This document shows positions 1 through 7,514 of a DNA stretch of 33,761 bases, in pieces (position 1 is the stretch's first letter; each line of letters begins with the position of its first letter). This DNA is from a virus. Lineage: Duplodnaviria > Caudoviricetes. Location: the IMG/VR virus record IMGVR_UViG_3300048670_001504, positions 1 to 33,761 of that record. One strand, given 5' to 3'. The notes below the pieces were generated by a model, which was given only the letters and a program-made list of their open reading frames with translations, was not told the origin of the DNA and made no database searches. Position numbers and translations under genes: made by a program.

Positions 1-1
1 T

Positions 2-118
2 CTGTAGTGGTTGTTGTTGGTTCTACTGTAGTGGTTGTAGTTGGTTCTACTGTAGTGGTTGTAGTTGGTTCTACTGTAGTGGTTGTAGTTGGTTCTACTG
101 TAGTGGTTGTAGTTGGTT
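2..118. repeat. 24-bp coding tandem repeat (GGTTCTACTGTAGTGGTTGTAGTT)
   Basis: Four perfect copies at 19-42, 43-66, 67-90 and 91-114, plus partial flanking copies. Encodes PTTTTTVE on the minus strand. Confidence 0.95.
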
Positions 119-821
119 GTAAATTAACCCTCAGAATGTTATTCCCAGTGTTGGTGATAATTATATTTTGTTTGTATCCACTGCACCCAATGGCAGTTAC
201 GTTTAAATCAAAACTCAAGGGGTTACTTTGGCAAATATTTATTGTATTATCAATCCCCAGACATATTATGTTTTGATTAGGAGTCCAATCACTGTTCATT
301 AAATCCATGAAAATATATGGATAGCTAATTCCGCCCCATTTTATGTTTTCTGGATAAATATTAACATTTTCTGGTATGCCTGAACTTCCCTCAACAACCA
401 CAGTAATAGTATTTTGCGGATAATCATAATCATTAAGGTAAATTTTTATATCTACTAATATTTTTTCATTCTGCTGAATGCTTCCTGGTGTATCAAACTT
501 CTCAAACCATAAAACTTTATTGTTATTATTTGTGACAAAATACCCATATACCGTTTCGCTTGAATTTATATTTGTATTTTCCCATATTAAAGATTGTTGA
601 TAATCACAATACAAATGTTTTGTCGTCGATACGGATAATTTCCACAAACTTGAGTTTAAAGACTTTGAAGAATATCCGCTAAAAGTTGGTTCTTGGAATA
701 GGATTTCTCCTGGCGTGTCTTCGCAATTCAAAAGATCGTTTGTGAATAGCTTGGCGTAATACCCCCCAGAGGATAGTAATTCTTTTAAAATAACGCTTTG
801 TTCTTGTATTACTGCACGCAT
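3..821 (-). CDS. Putative virion structural/fibre protein with Thr-rich repeat; 3'-truncated by window edge (absent from ORF track)
   Basis: ATG at 821 opens a frame with no stop to the window start: MRAVIQEQSVILKELLSSGGYYAKLFTND...EPTFSGYSSKSL...TVYGYFVTN...VLWFEKF...NLQ(PTTTTTVE)4PTTTTT. The N-terminal KLFTND/EPTFSGY/TVYGYF pattern resembles phage tail-fibre attachment domains. CTATATAA lies 8 nt upstream. Confidence 0.8.
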   Translation of the reverse strand, partial: MRAVIQEQSVILKELLSSGGYYAKLFTNDLLNCEDTPGEILFQEPTFSGYSSKSLNSSLWKLSVSTTKHLYCDYQQSLIWENTNINSSETVYGYFVTNNNNKVLWFEKFDTPGSIQQNEKILVDIKIYLNDYDYPQNTITVVVEGSSGIPENVNIYPENIKWGGISYPYIFMDLMNSDWTPNQNIICLGIDNTINICQSNPLSFDLNVTAIGCSGYKQNIIITNTGNNILRVNLQPTTTTTVEPTTTTTVEPTTTTTVEPTTTTTVEPTTTTT

Positions 822-829
822 AATATAAC

Positions 830-837
830 TTATATAG
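830..837 (-). promoter_or_regulatory. Putative late-promoter motif CTATATAA
   Basis: 8 nt upstream of ATG 821; the same motif recurs at a similar distance before several other genes. Confidence 0.45.
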
Positions 838-841
838 ACTT

Positions 842-1288
842 TTAGATTATTAAAGATTCTGTTAAATTTTCGATTTTTTGTATTTCTACGCTATGAACTA
901 TATTCATATATTTTCGGTCGTAAGACTTAAAATACAGCCACTCTGCTCCTCTATCTTTTATGTCTAAAAGTGAAATTACGCTTGGCGCCATTCCCTTTTT
1001 GTTAAAGAACTTTTTAATTTTTGAGGGCACAGATCCTATATCTTCCCTCTCCTGCAAAAGAAATATATCATATCCATCTTTCCTAATTTTTATGTTTTTA
1101 ATAACACTTTTGTAGGGATATATCCTATAATTACAAAATATCTCCCTACCAGGTTCTGATGTTTTATCACCAAAAAACCAGACAGGAATATTAGTCCCGA
1201 CAACTTCTATAGCCTCTTTTCTGTTAAGGACGTATCTTTGTTCTCTGCTTAAAAATATATTGTGGCTAATAGAAAGTATTTGGGGCAT
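842..1288 (-). CDS. Hypothetical protein (148 aa)
   Basis: Fills the gap between neighbouring genes, has normal composition and no recognisable motif. Confidence 0.75.
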   Translation of the reverse strand: MPQILSISHNIFLSREQRYVLNRKEAIEVVGTNIPVWFFGDKTSEPGREIFCNYRIYPYKSVIKNIKIRKDGYDIFLLQEREDIGSVPSKIKKFFNKKGMAPSVISLLDIKDRGAEWLYFKSYDRKYMNIVHSVEIQKIENLTESLII

Positions 1289-1303
1289 AATATATAATAT
1301 ATC
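1289..1303. promoter_or_regulatory. 15-bp divergent intergenic spacer with overlapping TATAT(A/T)A motifs
   Basis: TATATAA (+, 1291-1297) is 6 nt before ATG 1304. TATATTA (-, 1295-1301) is 6 nt before ATG 1288. Confidence 0.5.
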
Positions 1304-2182
1304 ATGAAAAAATACTTTTTAACTTTATTTTTGATATTAAATACACTTATTAATTATGCTGGAGCTAGAGATATCGAAAATATCGACAATATGCAGCTAG
1401 TTAGGCCTATTCCATTAAACAAGACCATAGAACTCTATGGTGCTCCAATGGAGCAAAGGGGAATAGAATACAGAAAGTATTTATCGGCATCTTTAAAAAT
1501 CAGTGTTAATGGAGGAGCCGGTTCTGGGACTATTGTGTTTTATGATAAAAAAACTAACACAGCATATGTTGCGAGTTGCGGCCATTTATGGCAACCTGGC
1601 ACTTTAAGTTCAACTAAAGCAAAAGAGAAAAAAATAACTTGCAAGGTTACTACTTGGTATCACAATGAAGAGAAATTAAAAGAACCTAAAACGTATGATG
1701 CTGATTTGAACTTTTATAGTTTTGTAGATGGATGCGATACATCATTAGTGAGCTTTCACCCAGATTGGGAGCCAAATTATTTCCCGATAGCCTCTAAGGA
1801 TTATATTTATCAAGAAGGCGAACAAGTTCACTCTCTTGGTTGCGACGGAGCCAAAGAAGTTGCTCATTATAATGTTGAAATAGTAAGAATAGATGGTGGA
1901 AATTTAGTCACAATTAGAAACTCACCAAGACCTGGGCGATCAGGCGGGGGATTAATGGACAATAATGATTATTATATTGGTACTTGTTGGGGGACAACAG
2001 ACTTAGATGGAAGTGGTCAAGGATTTTTCACCCCATTGTCCGTAATACATGAATTTTGGTCTAAGAATGGGTATTCTTGGCTCCTTGTTGGAGCTGATGC
2101 AAAGAAGATTAAAATAGTGGACGGAAAAAACAACAAGATGATTGATGAAGACTTGATTTTAGTACCCAAATTAGCATTTTAA
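1304..2182 (+). CDS. Exported trypsin-like (S1 family) serine protease
   Basis: N-terminal signal peptide (MKKYFLTLFLILNTLINYAGA), GSGTIV strand, catalytic His in SCGHL, probable Asp in DTSLV, catalytic Ser in PGRSGGGL. Confidence 0.85.
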   Translation: MKKYFLTLFLILNTLINYAGARDIENIDNMQLVRPIPLNKTIELYGAPMEQRGIEYRKYLSASLKISVNGGAGSGTIVFYDKKTNTAYVASCGHLWQPGTLSSTKAKEKKITCKVTTWYHNEEKLKEPKTYDADLNFYSFVDGCDTSLVSFHPDWEPNYFPIASKDYIYQEGEQVHSLGCDGAKEVAHYNVEIVRIDGGNLVTIRNSPRPGRSGGGLMDNNDYYIGTCWGTTDLDGSGQGFFTPLSVIHEFWSKNGYSWLLVGADAKKIKIVDGKNNKMIDEDLILVPKLAF

Positions 2183-2934
2183 TTGGATCTGTACCAAGTG
2201 CACATTTTTCTAAAGTCGCATCTATTGCAATGATTGCCCACTCTACCTCTAACTACTTCGGGATCTTTTTCAACTATATTATTGTATGTGTGTAAAAGCA
2301 AATCTTCTGCGTTTATTAACATAGATTCATTGAATTTTGTTGGAACTATATTCCCCCCATCCAAATAATAAAGAGCAGCCCTTATGTTCTCTGGCTTTAT
2401 TCCAAAATTCTTTTGAACGACCCTGGCATAGCAGAGAAGCTGAATATCTTTTCTAATAGTGTCTGAATTCTTTCTCCAAAATCCTTTTTTTGTGGTCTTA
2501 TAATCTATGATAAAACATTTCTCATCTTTTATTAAAATTCGATCTATGACCCCTGTAACAAATTTTTCTTTTGATGGCTCGAGATCATACTTAAAAAAGT
2601 ATTCTGTTTCTCCATCGAATCCAATTCTGTCGTTTAATTTTTTAATATTAGTCAAATGTTCTTTTAATTTGTTTTTATAATCTTTGGTTAGTTCCACTTT
2701 TTTATTTTCAAGAAGTAGTTCTCCTTTTAAATATGGGTGTAAAAAACTCTCTATTTCAACTTCTCCCTTGTTTTTTACGTATTCTTCTGCTATCTTATGG
2801 ACAAGTTTTCCATACAAGAAGTATTCTGGTTCCGGCTCGGGCGACTTAATCTCTAGGTGATATTTATACTTGTACGCCTGCTCACATTGGTCCCAAAGTT
2901 GTTTTCTGCTGACTGATATGTGTTGTATTTTCAT
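2179..2934 (-). CDS. PD-(D/E)XK exonuclease, Cas4/AddB/RecB-like, with predicted Fe-S cluster
   Basis: SxS...C N-terminus (SVSRKQLWDQC), GKLVH, GVIDRI, IIDYKT, QLLCYA, and C-terminal CxxCx5C (CNRCDFRKMC). Confidence 0.9.
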   Translation of the reverse strand: MKIQHISVSRKQLWDQCEQAYKYKYHLEIKSPEPEPEYFLYGKLVHKIAEEYVKNKGEVEIESFLHPYLKGELLLENKKVELTKDYKNKLKEHLTNIKKLNDRIGFDGETEYFFKYDLEPSKEKFVTGVIDRILIKDEKCFIIDYKTTKKGFWRKNSDTIRKDIQLLCYARVVQKNFGIKPENIRAALYYLDGGNIVPTKFNESMLINAEDLLLHTYNNIVEKDPEVVRGRVGNHCNRCDFRKMCTWYRSN

Positions 2935-2954
2935 TGTACTATTATAGTTTAAAC
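2935..2954. promoter_or_regulatory. 20-bp divergent spacer with back-to-back sigma70-like -10 hexamers
   Basis: Near-palindrome ACTATTATAGT at 2938-2948. TATAAT (-) is 6 nt from ATG 2934 and TATAGT (+) is 6 nt from ATG 2955. Confidence 0.5.
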
Positions 2955-4010
2955 ATGAGTGATATTTTTGACAACTTTAAGAAGTGGGCCGAAAAGGCAT
3001 TGGACGATATTGTTGTCCACGGAACTGAGATCAGAGTAAATTCTGTATTCACAGAAGACTCGAAACATCACTTATGGTGCTCTCCTTCTGGCGGTAAAAC
3101 CAAGAGAAAGAATGGCGTCTTTCATTGCTTTAAGACCGATAAAAAGGGAAGCTTAGTAAAGCTCATACAAATAGTAGATAAGTGTTCTTACGAGGACGCC
3201 TATCTTACTTTAAATGGCAGAACTAGTATAAGAGAACTAGAAGATAAGTTATATGATTTTTTTGATAGCCTGGATGAGCAAGAATCAGAGCCCATAGTTA
3301 TAGAAAAAAAGACGATAACCCTGCCAGAAGGAAGCAGCTTAATAAGTAGTTTGCCGAAAAATAATTTTTGGAGAAATTTGGCTACTGAGTATCTGGAAAA
3401 AAGAAAAATACCTGTTGATGGACTTTATATATGCAGAACGGCACCATACAAAGCTAGAATAGTAATACCTTATTATGATAAAGATGGGGATTTATTCTAC
3501 TTCAACGCCAGACATGTTGGCAAATCTAGTTTAAGATATCTAGGACCAGATAAAAGCATAGGTGTTGGTAAGGGCGATGTTCTTTTTATGGCTGGTGGAT
3601 CGTGGCCTGAAAAAGATAGTTTTGTATATATGTGCGAAGGAGAGTTTGATGCTTTAAGCATTCACAACTCTGGGTTAAACTCTATTGCATGTGGCGGTAA
3701 AAATCTTAGTGAAAAGCAAATGTCGTTGATAAAGGATTATAAAATCGTTATATGTTTAGATAATGATAAAGCTGGTCTTCAGGGCAGCACATCAATGAGC
3801 ATGATGGCAAGTCAAAATATGCAAACAAACGGGTCAGACCAGAGATTAATGTTTGTTAGCCCATACAAATCTTATAAAGATTGGAATGAAATGTATATTA
3901 AAGAAGGGCCTAAGATACTTAAGAATTATATCTTGGCCTCTAGGAAAAACCTAGACTTTCAAGCTCCAATTGGCACTGGCGGAGATTACTTCAAAATAAA
4001 AGGAATGTGA
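2955..4010 (+). CDS. DNA primase (DnaG/phage TOPRIM type)
   Basis: YLEKRKI, RIVIPYYD...YFNAR, RYLGP, and TOPRIM motifs CEGEFDALS, ICLDNDKAG and YKDWNEM. Start moved to ATG 2955 (MSDIF) because the track's TTG at 2934 collides with the nuclease start. Confidence 0.9.
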   Translation: MSDIFDNFKKWAEKALDDIVVHGTEIRVNSVFTEDSKHHLWCSPSGGKTKRKNGVFHCFKTDKKGSLVKLIQIVDKCSYEDAYLTLNGRTSIRELEDKLYDFFDSLDEQESEPIVIEKKTITLPEGSSLISSLPKNNFWRNLATEYLEKRKIPVDGLYICRTAPYKARIVIPYYDKDGDLFYFNARHVGKSSLRYLGPDKSIGVGKGDVLFMAGGSWPEKDSFVYMCEGEFDALSIHNSGLNSIACGGKNLSEKQMSLIKDYKIVICLDNDKAGLQGSTSMSMMASQNMQTNGSDQRLMFVSPYKSYKDWNEMYIKEGPKILKNYILASRKNLDFQAPIGTGGDYFKIKGM

Positions 4011-4013
4011 AAT

Positions 4014-4382
4014 ATGAGCCAAGATTTAGAAAAATTTAGACATTTTATTGAAAAACCAATAACTGTTTTCACAATACACACAGGTAGAAAGTTTACAGAA
4101 GAACAGTTTAATGATTACTTCACAGGTATTTGTAAAAACATTTATATAGACGGGATAGAAACCATTCATCCAATTACAGGATGCAAGAACTTTTTCTTCT
4201 TCAGTAATATTGTTGGTATCTGCGAAGAACAGCAGTTGGACCCAGATAATCCCGAGCATCAAGACATAATAAAAGAATTCAAAAGTAATAAATCCGAGAA
4301 ATCAACTGATAAGAACTTAGTATTTAATGATGGAGAAAAGATCGACATCAACAGTCTAAACTCGCTTATAAAAAAAGATTGA
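4014..4382 (+). CDS. Hypothetical protein, possibly Sm/LSm-like beta-barrel
   Basis: Starts 3 nt after the primase stop. Strand pattern PITVFT...YFTGICKNIYIDGIE...KNFFFFSNIVGI; the fold guess is weak. Confidence 0.7.
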   Translation: MSQDLEKFRHFIEKPITVFTIHTGRKFTEEQFNDYFTGICKNIYIDGIETIHPITGCKNFFFFSNIVGICEEQQLDPDNPEHQDIIKEFKSNKSEKSTDKNLVFNDGEKIDINSLNSLIKKD

Positions 4383-4393
4383 TTCAGTAATCA

Positions 4394-5197
4394 TTACCCT
4401 ATTTCAATATCTGAGTGCTTTGATTTTAATCTTTCTAGTGCTCTTTGAACGGCTTCGGGAGAATCTATCAATTCTTCTTCTGATGCCGCAGCCGATTTTT
4501 TTTCTGTTCTTTTTTTTGTCTTTTTTGCTGCTTTTATTTTTACCCTTGCACTCGACCTTACTGCAGATTTTCTTTTTGGGTTTGTTACTATTTCTGCTTC
4601 TGCTTCTGGCTCTGGCTCCCCGGCAGATGTGTCTCCTGCAACCGGTCTTGCACTTACTGGTCCCACGGTAGGTTCGGCTGATCTCACCCCTGTGCTTGAT
4701 ACTGGTTTAACAATCCAATTGTTTGATCTATCAGGATAGACCAAATCCAGCATTACTTGCTTGAACTTCTTTCCCCAATCATCTATTATTCGGAATAGTT
4801 TTAGATTTTTTAAGTTATCCGACTCTTCTTCGTTCAAGCTCTCTTGATTTTTTTCTATAACAAGTTCTAGTTCACTGCAACTATTTTTAAGAACTCTGTA
4901 TTCTTGAAAAGAAAATTGAATACATTCTGATTTTGGCTCCTCAGCTTTTTCAACTGACCCAGCGGGTACGGGCAACTCTGGCTCCTTTTCCACCTGAGAA
5001 AGATTGCCAAATTTACCGTATCGAAGTTTATTCCACCAATTTTTAACACGGTCCCAAACTCCAACTTTGCCCTCAGGGCCAGTTCCAATTGGACCTTCTT
5101 TAGATAAAGCTAAGAATCTATTTTTTAGATCTGCTATTAATTCATCTATTTTACCGGATAATTCTAATTTTTTCTTCTCGATATCAGTTGCTTCCAT
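4394..5197 (-). CDS. Hypothetical protein with Lys/Ala-rich basic C-terminal tail (possible internal head/DNA-binding protein)
   Basis: 267 aa; acidic EPEPEAEAE segment followed by KRKSAVRSSARVKIKAAKKTKKRTEKKSAAA. TATATAG is 5 nt upstream. Confidence 0.75.
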   Translation of the reverse strand: MEATDIEKKKLELSGKIDELIADLKNRFLALSKEGPIGTGPEGKVGVWDRVKNWWNKLRYGKFGNLSQVEKEPELPVPAGSVEKAEEPKSECIQFSFQEYRVLKNSCSELELVIEKNQESLNEEESDNLKNLKLFRIIDDWGKKFKQVMLDLVYPDRSNNWIVKPVSSTGVRSAEPTVGPVSARPVAGDTSAGEPEPEAEAEIVTNPKRKSAVRSSARVKIKAAKKTKKRTEKKSAAASEEELIDSPEAVQRALERLKSKHSDIEIG

Positions 5198-5209
5198 AAT
5201 AACTATATA

Positions 5210-5659
5210 TCAATTGGACTCAGAAATATATTCTCCGATTTTCTTTAGCGACATAAGGCAACTATCGAATCTGTGGAAGTCGCTAGATAGATACTCCAGT
5301 GCCAAGTCTTGAAACTTGATGTTTACTTCTTCGTTTTCTACTTCGAAGTATATTGATTTGCCACGCTTGCCTAAAACTTTATATTTATGCATTAAAATAT
5401 ATGCAGCAACACCTAGGTCAGTTGCGAATCTTGTGTTCTTAGAATCGAAATTATATTCTTTTATCTTCTTTAGAGACATTATGCAACTATCGAATCTATG
5501 GAATTCGCTCGATAGATAGTCTAGGCAAAGCTCATCGAATTTTCCTTCGTTCTCTGCTTCGAAGATTATTTCTTTACCTTTACGGCCAACCACACGATAA
5601 TTGTGCATCAATATGTATGCCGCAGAACCTAAGTCACTAACACTTTTATTTTTTTCCAT
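5210..5659 (-). CDS. Protein made of two tandem DUF5659-like domains
   Basis: Internal duplication of 72-75 aa (xDLGxAAYILMHxYxVxG...FE...LDYLSS/LEYLSS.FHRFDSCxMSLKKI), also visible at DNA level (GCAACTATCGAATCT at 5258 and 5483). Family name is from memory of the xDLxxAAxL motif. Confidence 0.7.
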   Translation of the reverse strand: MEKNKSVSDLGSAAYILMHNYRVVGRKGKEIIFEAENEGKFDELCLDYLSSEFHRFDSCIMSLKKIKEYNFDSKNTRFATDLGVAAYILMHKYKVLGKRGKSIYFEVENEEVNIKFQDLALEYLSSDFHRFDSCLMSLKKIGEYISESN

Positions 5660-5663
5660 GTAA

Positions 5664-5671
5664 TAATATAG
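5664..5671 (-). promoter_or_regulatory. Putative late-promoter motif CTATATTA
   Basis: 4 nt upstream of ATG 5659. Confidence 0.45.
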
Positions 5672-5682
5672 TTAAAGAATAA

Positions 5683-6687
5683 TTATTTTGCATTTTCGGC
5701 TGCTAATAAACAGCCTTTTGCAACAGAATATAGATTATCTTCTGGTTTGATGATCTGGCCTATCTTAACAGGTATGTCAGCTTGTCTTAAGCACTCGCCA
5801 AGCATATCTTTGAATCCATTTGGACTCGCAGTTCCACCAGCAACAACAAAGTCTACTTCATCTTCTGTTCTTACATTTTTCTGAACATTAGCGAAACCTT
5901 TTTTGATCTCAGTCACAGTGTGTTCTATCATCAATCTGTACTGGGTTTGTATTGCTCTCTCAACAAGAGTAGTGGCTGGTTTTGTTAAGTCTATTTTTGT
6001 TTTTTCCTTATTGATAAAAGTTGGACTTTCCCCAACGGCTTTTCCAGCCATTTTATCAATCCAGTCGCCACTGTTTACTATCGAGAAGCTGAATATTGGA
6101 TTTCCAAACATTGCATAACAAACATTTACCATTCCGCCTCCAAAAGAGGCCGAAATCCCCGTATATGATTTATGAGCTAGTTCAGCATATATTATGGCCA
6201 ATGCCTCATTAATGGGCCTAGGATCGACTGAGAAGCCTTTCTCTGATCTATATGACTTGAATATGGCTTCTAAGATTTTGCCGTGATAATCAGCGTCAGT
6301 CTCTTCGTTGATGGCATTTGCCGGAACGCTATAGTAGAGAAGTTCTTTGTCTTTTGAAACTTCTCCTATAAGACTGTGGAGCATGATGCTCATTATCTGA
6401 AACGCATCTTTTTCCTTTGGATTAACACACCCCGCCACCATCGGTCTTTTTAATTCGAGACTGTTCATGGTATAAGCCATGTTGACCGCTGCCTCACCAA
6501 GCGCATATGCTATACTATCTCTCTCTATCAACGGAACACCAGCTTGTTTCATCATATTGAAAACAAATCGGTTCTCCAGTGGGAGCTCTATGAATGCATT
6601 TACTTCTTTCTTGTAAGAAAAATTACCCTCATCATCTCTTTTGCAATTGATTAAATTATAAGTTCCACAATCTGCTCCAATAGCCAT
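5683..6687 (-). CDS. Actin-fold ATPase (actin-like protein, volactin-like)
   Basis: All five actin-superfamily motifs are present: phosphate-1 IGADCGTYN, connect-1 PINEALAII, phosphate-2 SFGGGMVNV, adenosine VVAGGTASPNGF, connect-2 LYSVAKGCL; also SGDWID. Length 334 aa. Confidence 0.9.
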   Translation of the reverse strand: MAIGADCGTYNLINCKRDDEGNFSYKKEVNAFIELPLENRFVFNMMKQAGVPLIERDSIAYALGEAAVNMAYTMNSLELKRPMVAGCVNPKEKDAFQIMSIMLHSLIGEVSKDKELLYYSVPANAINEETDADYHGKILEAIFKSYRSEKGFSVDPRPINEALAIIYAELAHKSYTGISASFGGGMVNVCYAMFGNPIFSFSIVNSGDWIDKMAGKAVGESPTFINKEKTKIDLTKPATTLVERAIQTQYRLMIEHTVTEIKKGFANVQKNVRTEDEVDFVVAGGTASPNGFKDMLGECLRQADIPVKIGQIIKPEDNLYSVAKGCLLAAENAK

Positions 6688-6694
6688 TTTTTAC

Positions 6695-6919
6695 CTACTT
6701 TCCAAAATTTATTTTTTCTGTTGGTGCAAAATCCGGTATAGCCCACTGGATTTTATCTTCTTCTTTTTTGGTCGTTTTACTCTCAACATCACTCTTGAGT
6801 ATGTTGACACCACCTGAGATTTCACCCATGTTTATGTTTAGATCCAAAGATATGGATATTTTAACTTCTCCGTCTTTTGTGACTATTCTCACATCGTTTG
6901 GTTTAATGAGTTGCGGCAT
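6695..6919 (-). CDS. Small hypothetical protein co-operonic with the actin homolog
   Basis: 74 aa. Starts 1 nt after the upstream stop and ends 7 nt before the actin start (TAGGT overlaps an SD-like AGGT). Confidence 0.75.
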   Translation of the reverse strand: MPQLIKPNDVRIVTKDGEVKISISLDLNINMGEISGGVNILKSDVESKTTKKEEDKIQWAIPDFAPTEKINFGK

Positions 6920-6920
6920 A

Positions 6921-7463
6921 TTAACTTCCTGATACTACGTTAACCGATGCTATCACCTGAACTGGGACGGCTTCTTGACTCTCGTTCAGGAACTCTATCT
7001 TTTGTATATTTAAATCACCTGTATTAAAAACTTGTGTTTCGCTGCCCAAAAGTTCAAATATTGCCTCATTGGATGAATTTATTCTTACGCTGATTGTCTC
7101 GGATCCTCTATTAGATATTTGAACAAACTCAGCAAATTCACTGGCTCCTAGGTCTACCACATTATTATTAAAAGCGCCCTCCACAGATAACGTGTAGACT
7201 CTAGGGGCGTTATTATTTGTTTTATCCACATAAACAGATCCGTCATCAACTAGAACTTCTATAAATGCGTCCTCTAGTGAAGCTTGTGGATATGCATATC
7301 TTTTCCAATAATTAGAATCTATAAACACTTGGCCATCTTTTAATTCTCTGTGTTTTCCAAGAGGTCCTGAAACATAAATACTTCTTTGAATACTTATGTT
7401 GTTGTCGTATATATCCAATAATCCCTGAACTGTATTTTTTAGTTTTACCTTAAATGTACTCAT
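6921..7463 (-). CDS. Hypothetical beta-rich protein, first gene of the actin operon
   Basis: 180 aa, beta-strand-rich C-terminal half; GTATATAA is 5 nt upstream. Confidence 0.75.
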   Translation of the reverse strand: MSTFKVKLKNTVQGLLDIYDNNISIQRSIYVSGPLGKHRELKDGQVFIDSNYWKRYAYPQASLEDAFIEVLVDDGSVYVDKTNNNAPRVYTLSVEGAFNNNVVDLGASEFAEFVQISNRGSETISVRINSSNEAIFELLGSETQVFNTGDLNIQKIEFLNESQEAVPVQVIASVNVVSGS

Positions 7464-7468
7464 ATATG

Positions 7469-7476
7469 TTATATAC
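7469..7476 (-). promoter_or_regulatory. Putative late-promoter motif GTATATAA
   Basis: 5 nt upstream of ATG 7463. Confidence 0.45.
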
Positions 7477-7514
7477 GTTGGTAAAATAAAAAATTACAGA
7501 TAATAACTAATAGC

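Noticed and set aside
19-114. 24-bp repeats as a CRISPR array or centromere iterons
   Set aside because: Head-to-tail with no spacers, a multiple of 3 in length, and inside a coding frame.
7-276. + strand ORF with VVVVVGST repeats
   Set aside because: Antisense shadow of the Thr-repeat gene on the minus strand.
2179-2934. Nuclease as part of a CRISPR-Cas locus (cas4)
   Set aside because: No other cas genes or array; solo Cas4-like nucleases next to replication genes are common in phages.
2934-2954. Track start of the primase at TTG 2934
   Set aside because: It overlaps the divergent gene's start codon; ATG 2955 is more plausible.
5660-7514. parC-like repeat array for the actin cassette
   Set aside because: Intergenic gaps are at most 51 bp and contain no iterated motif.
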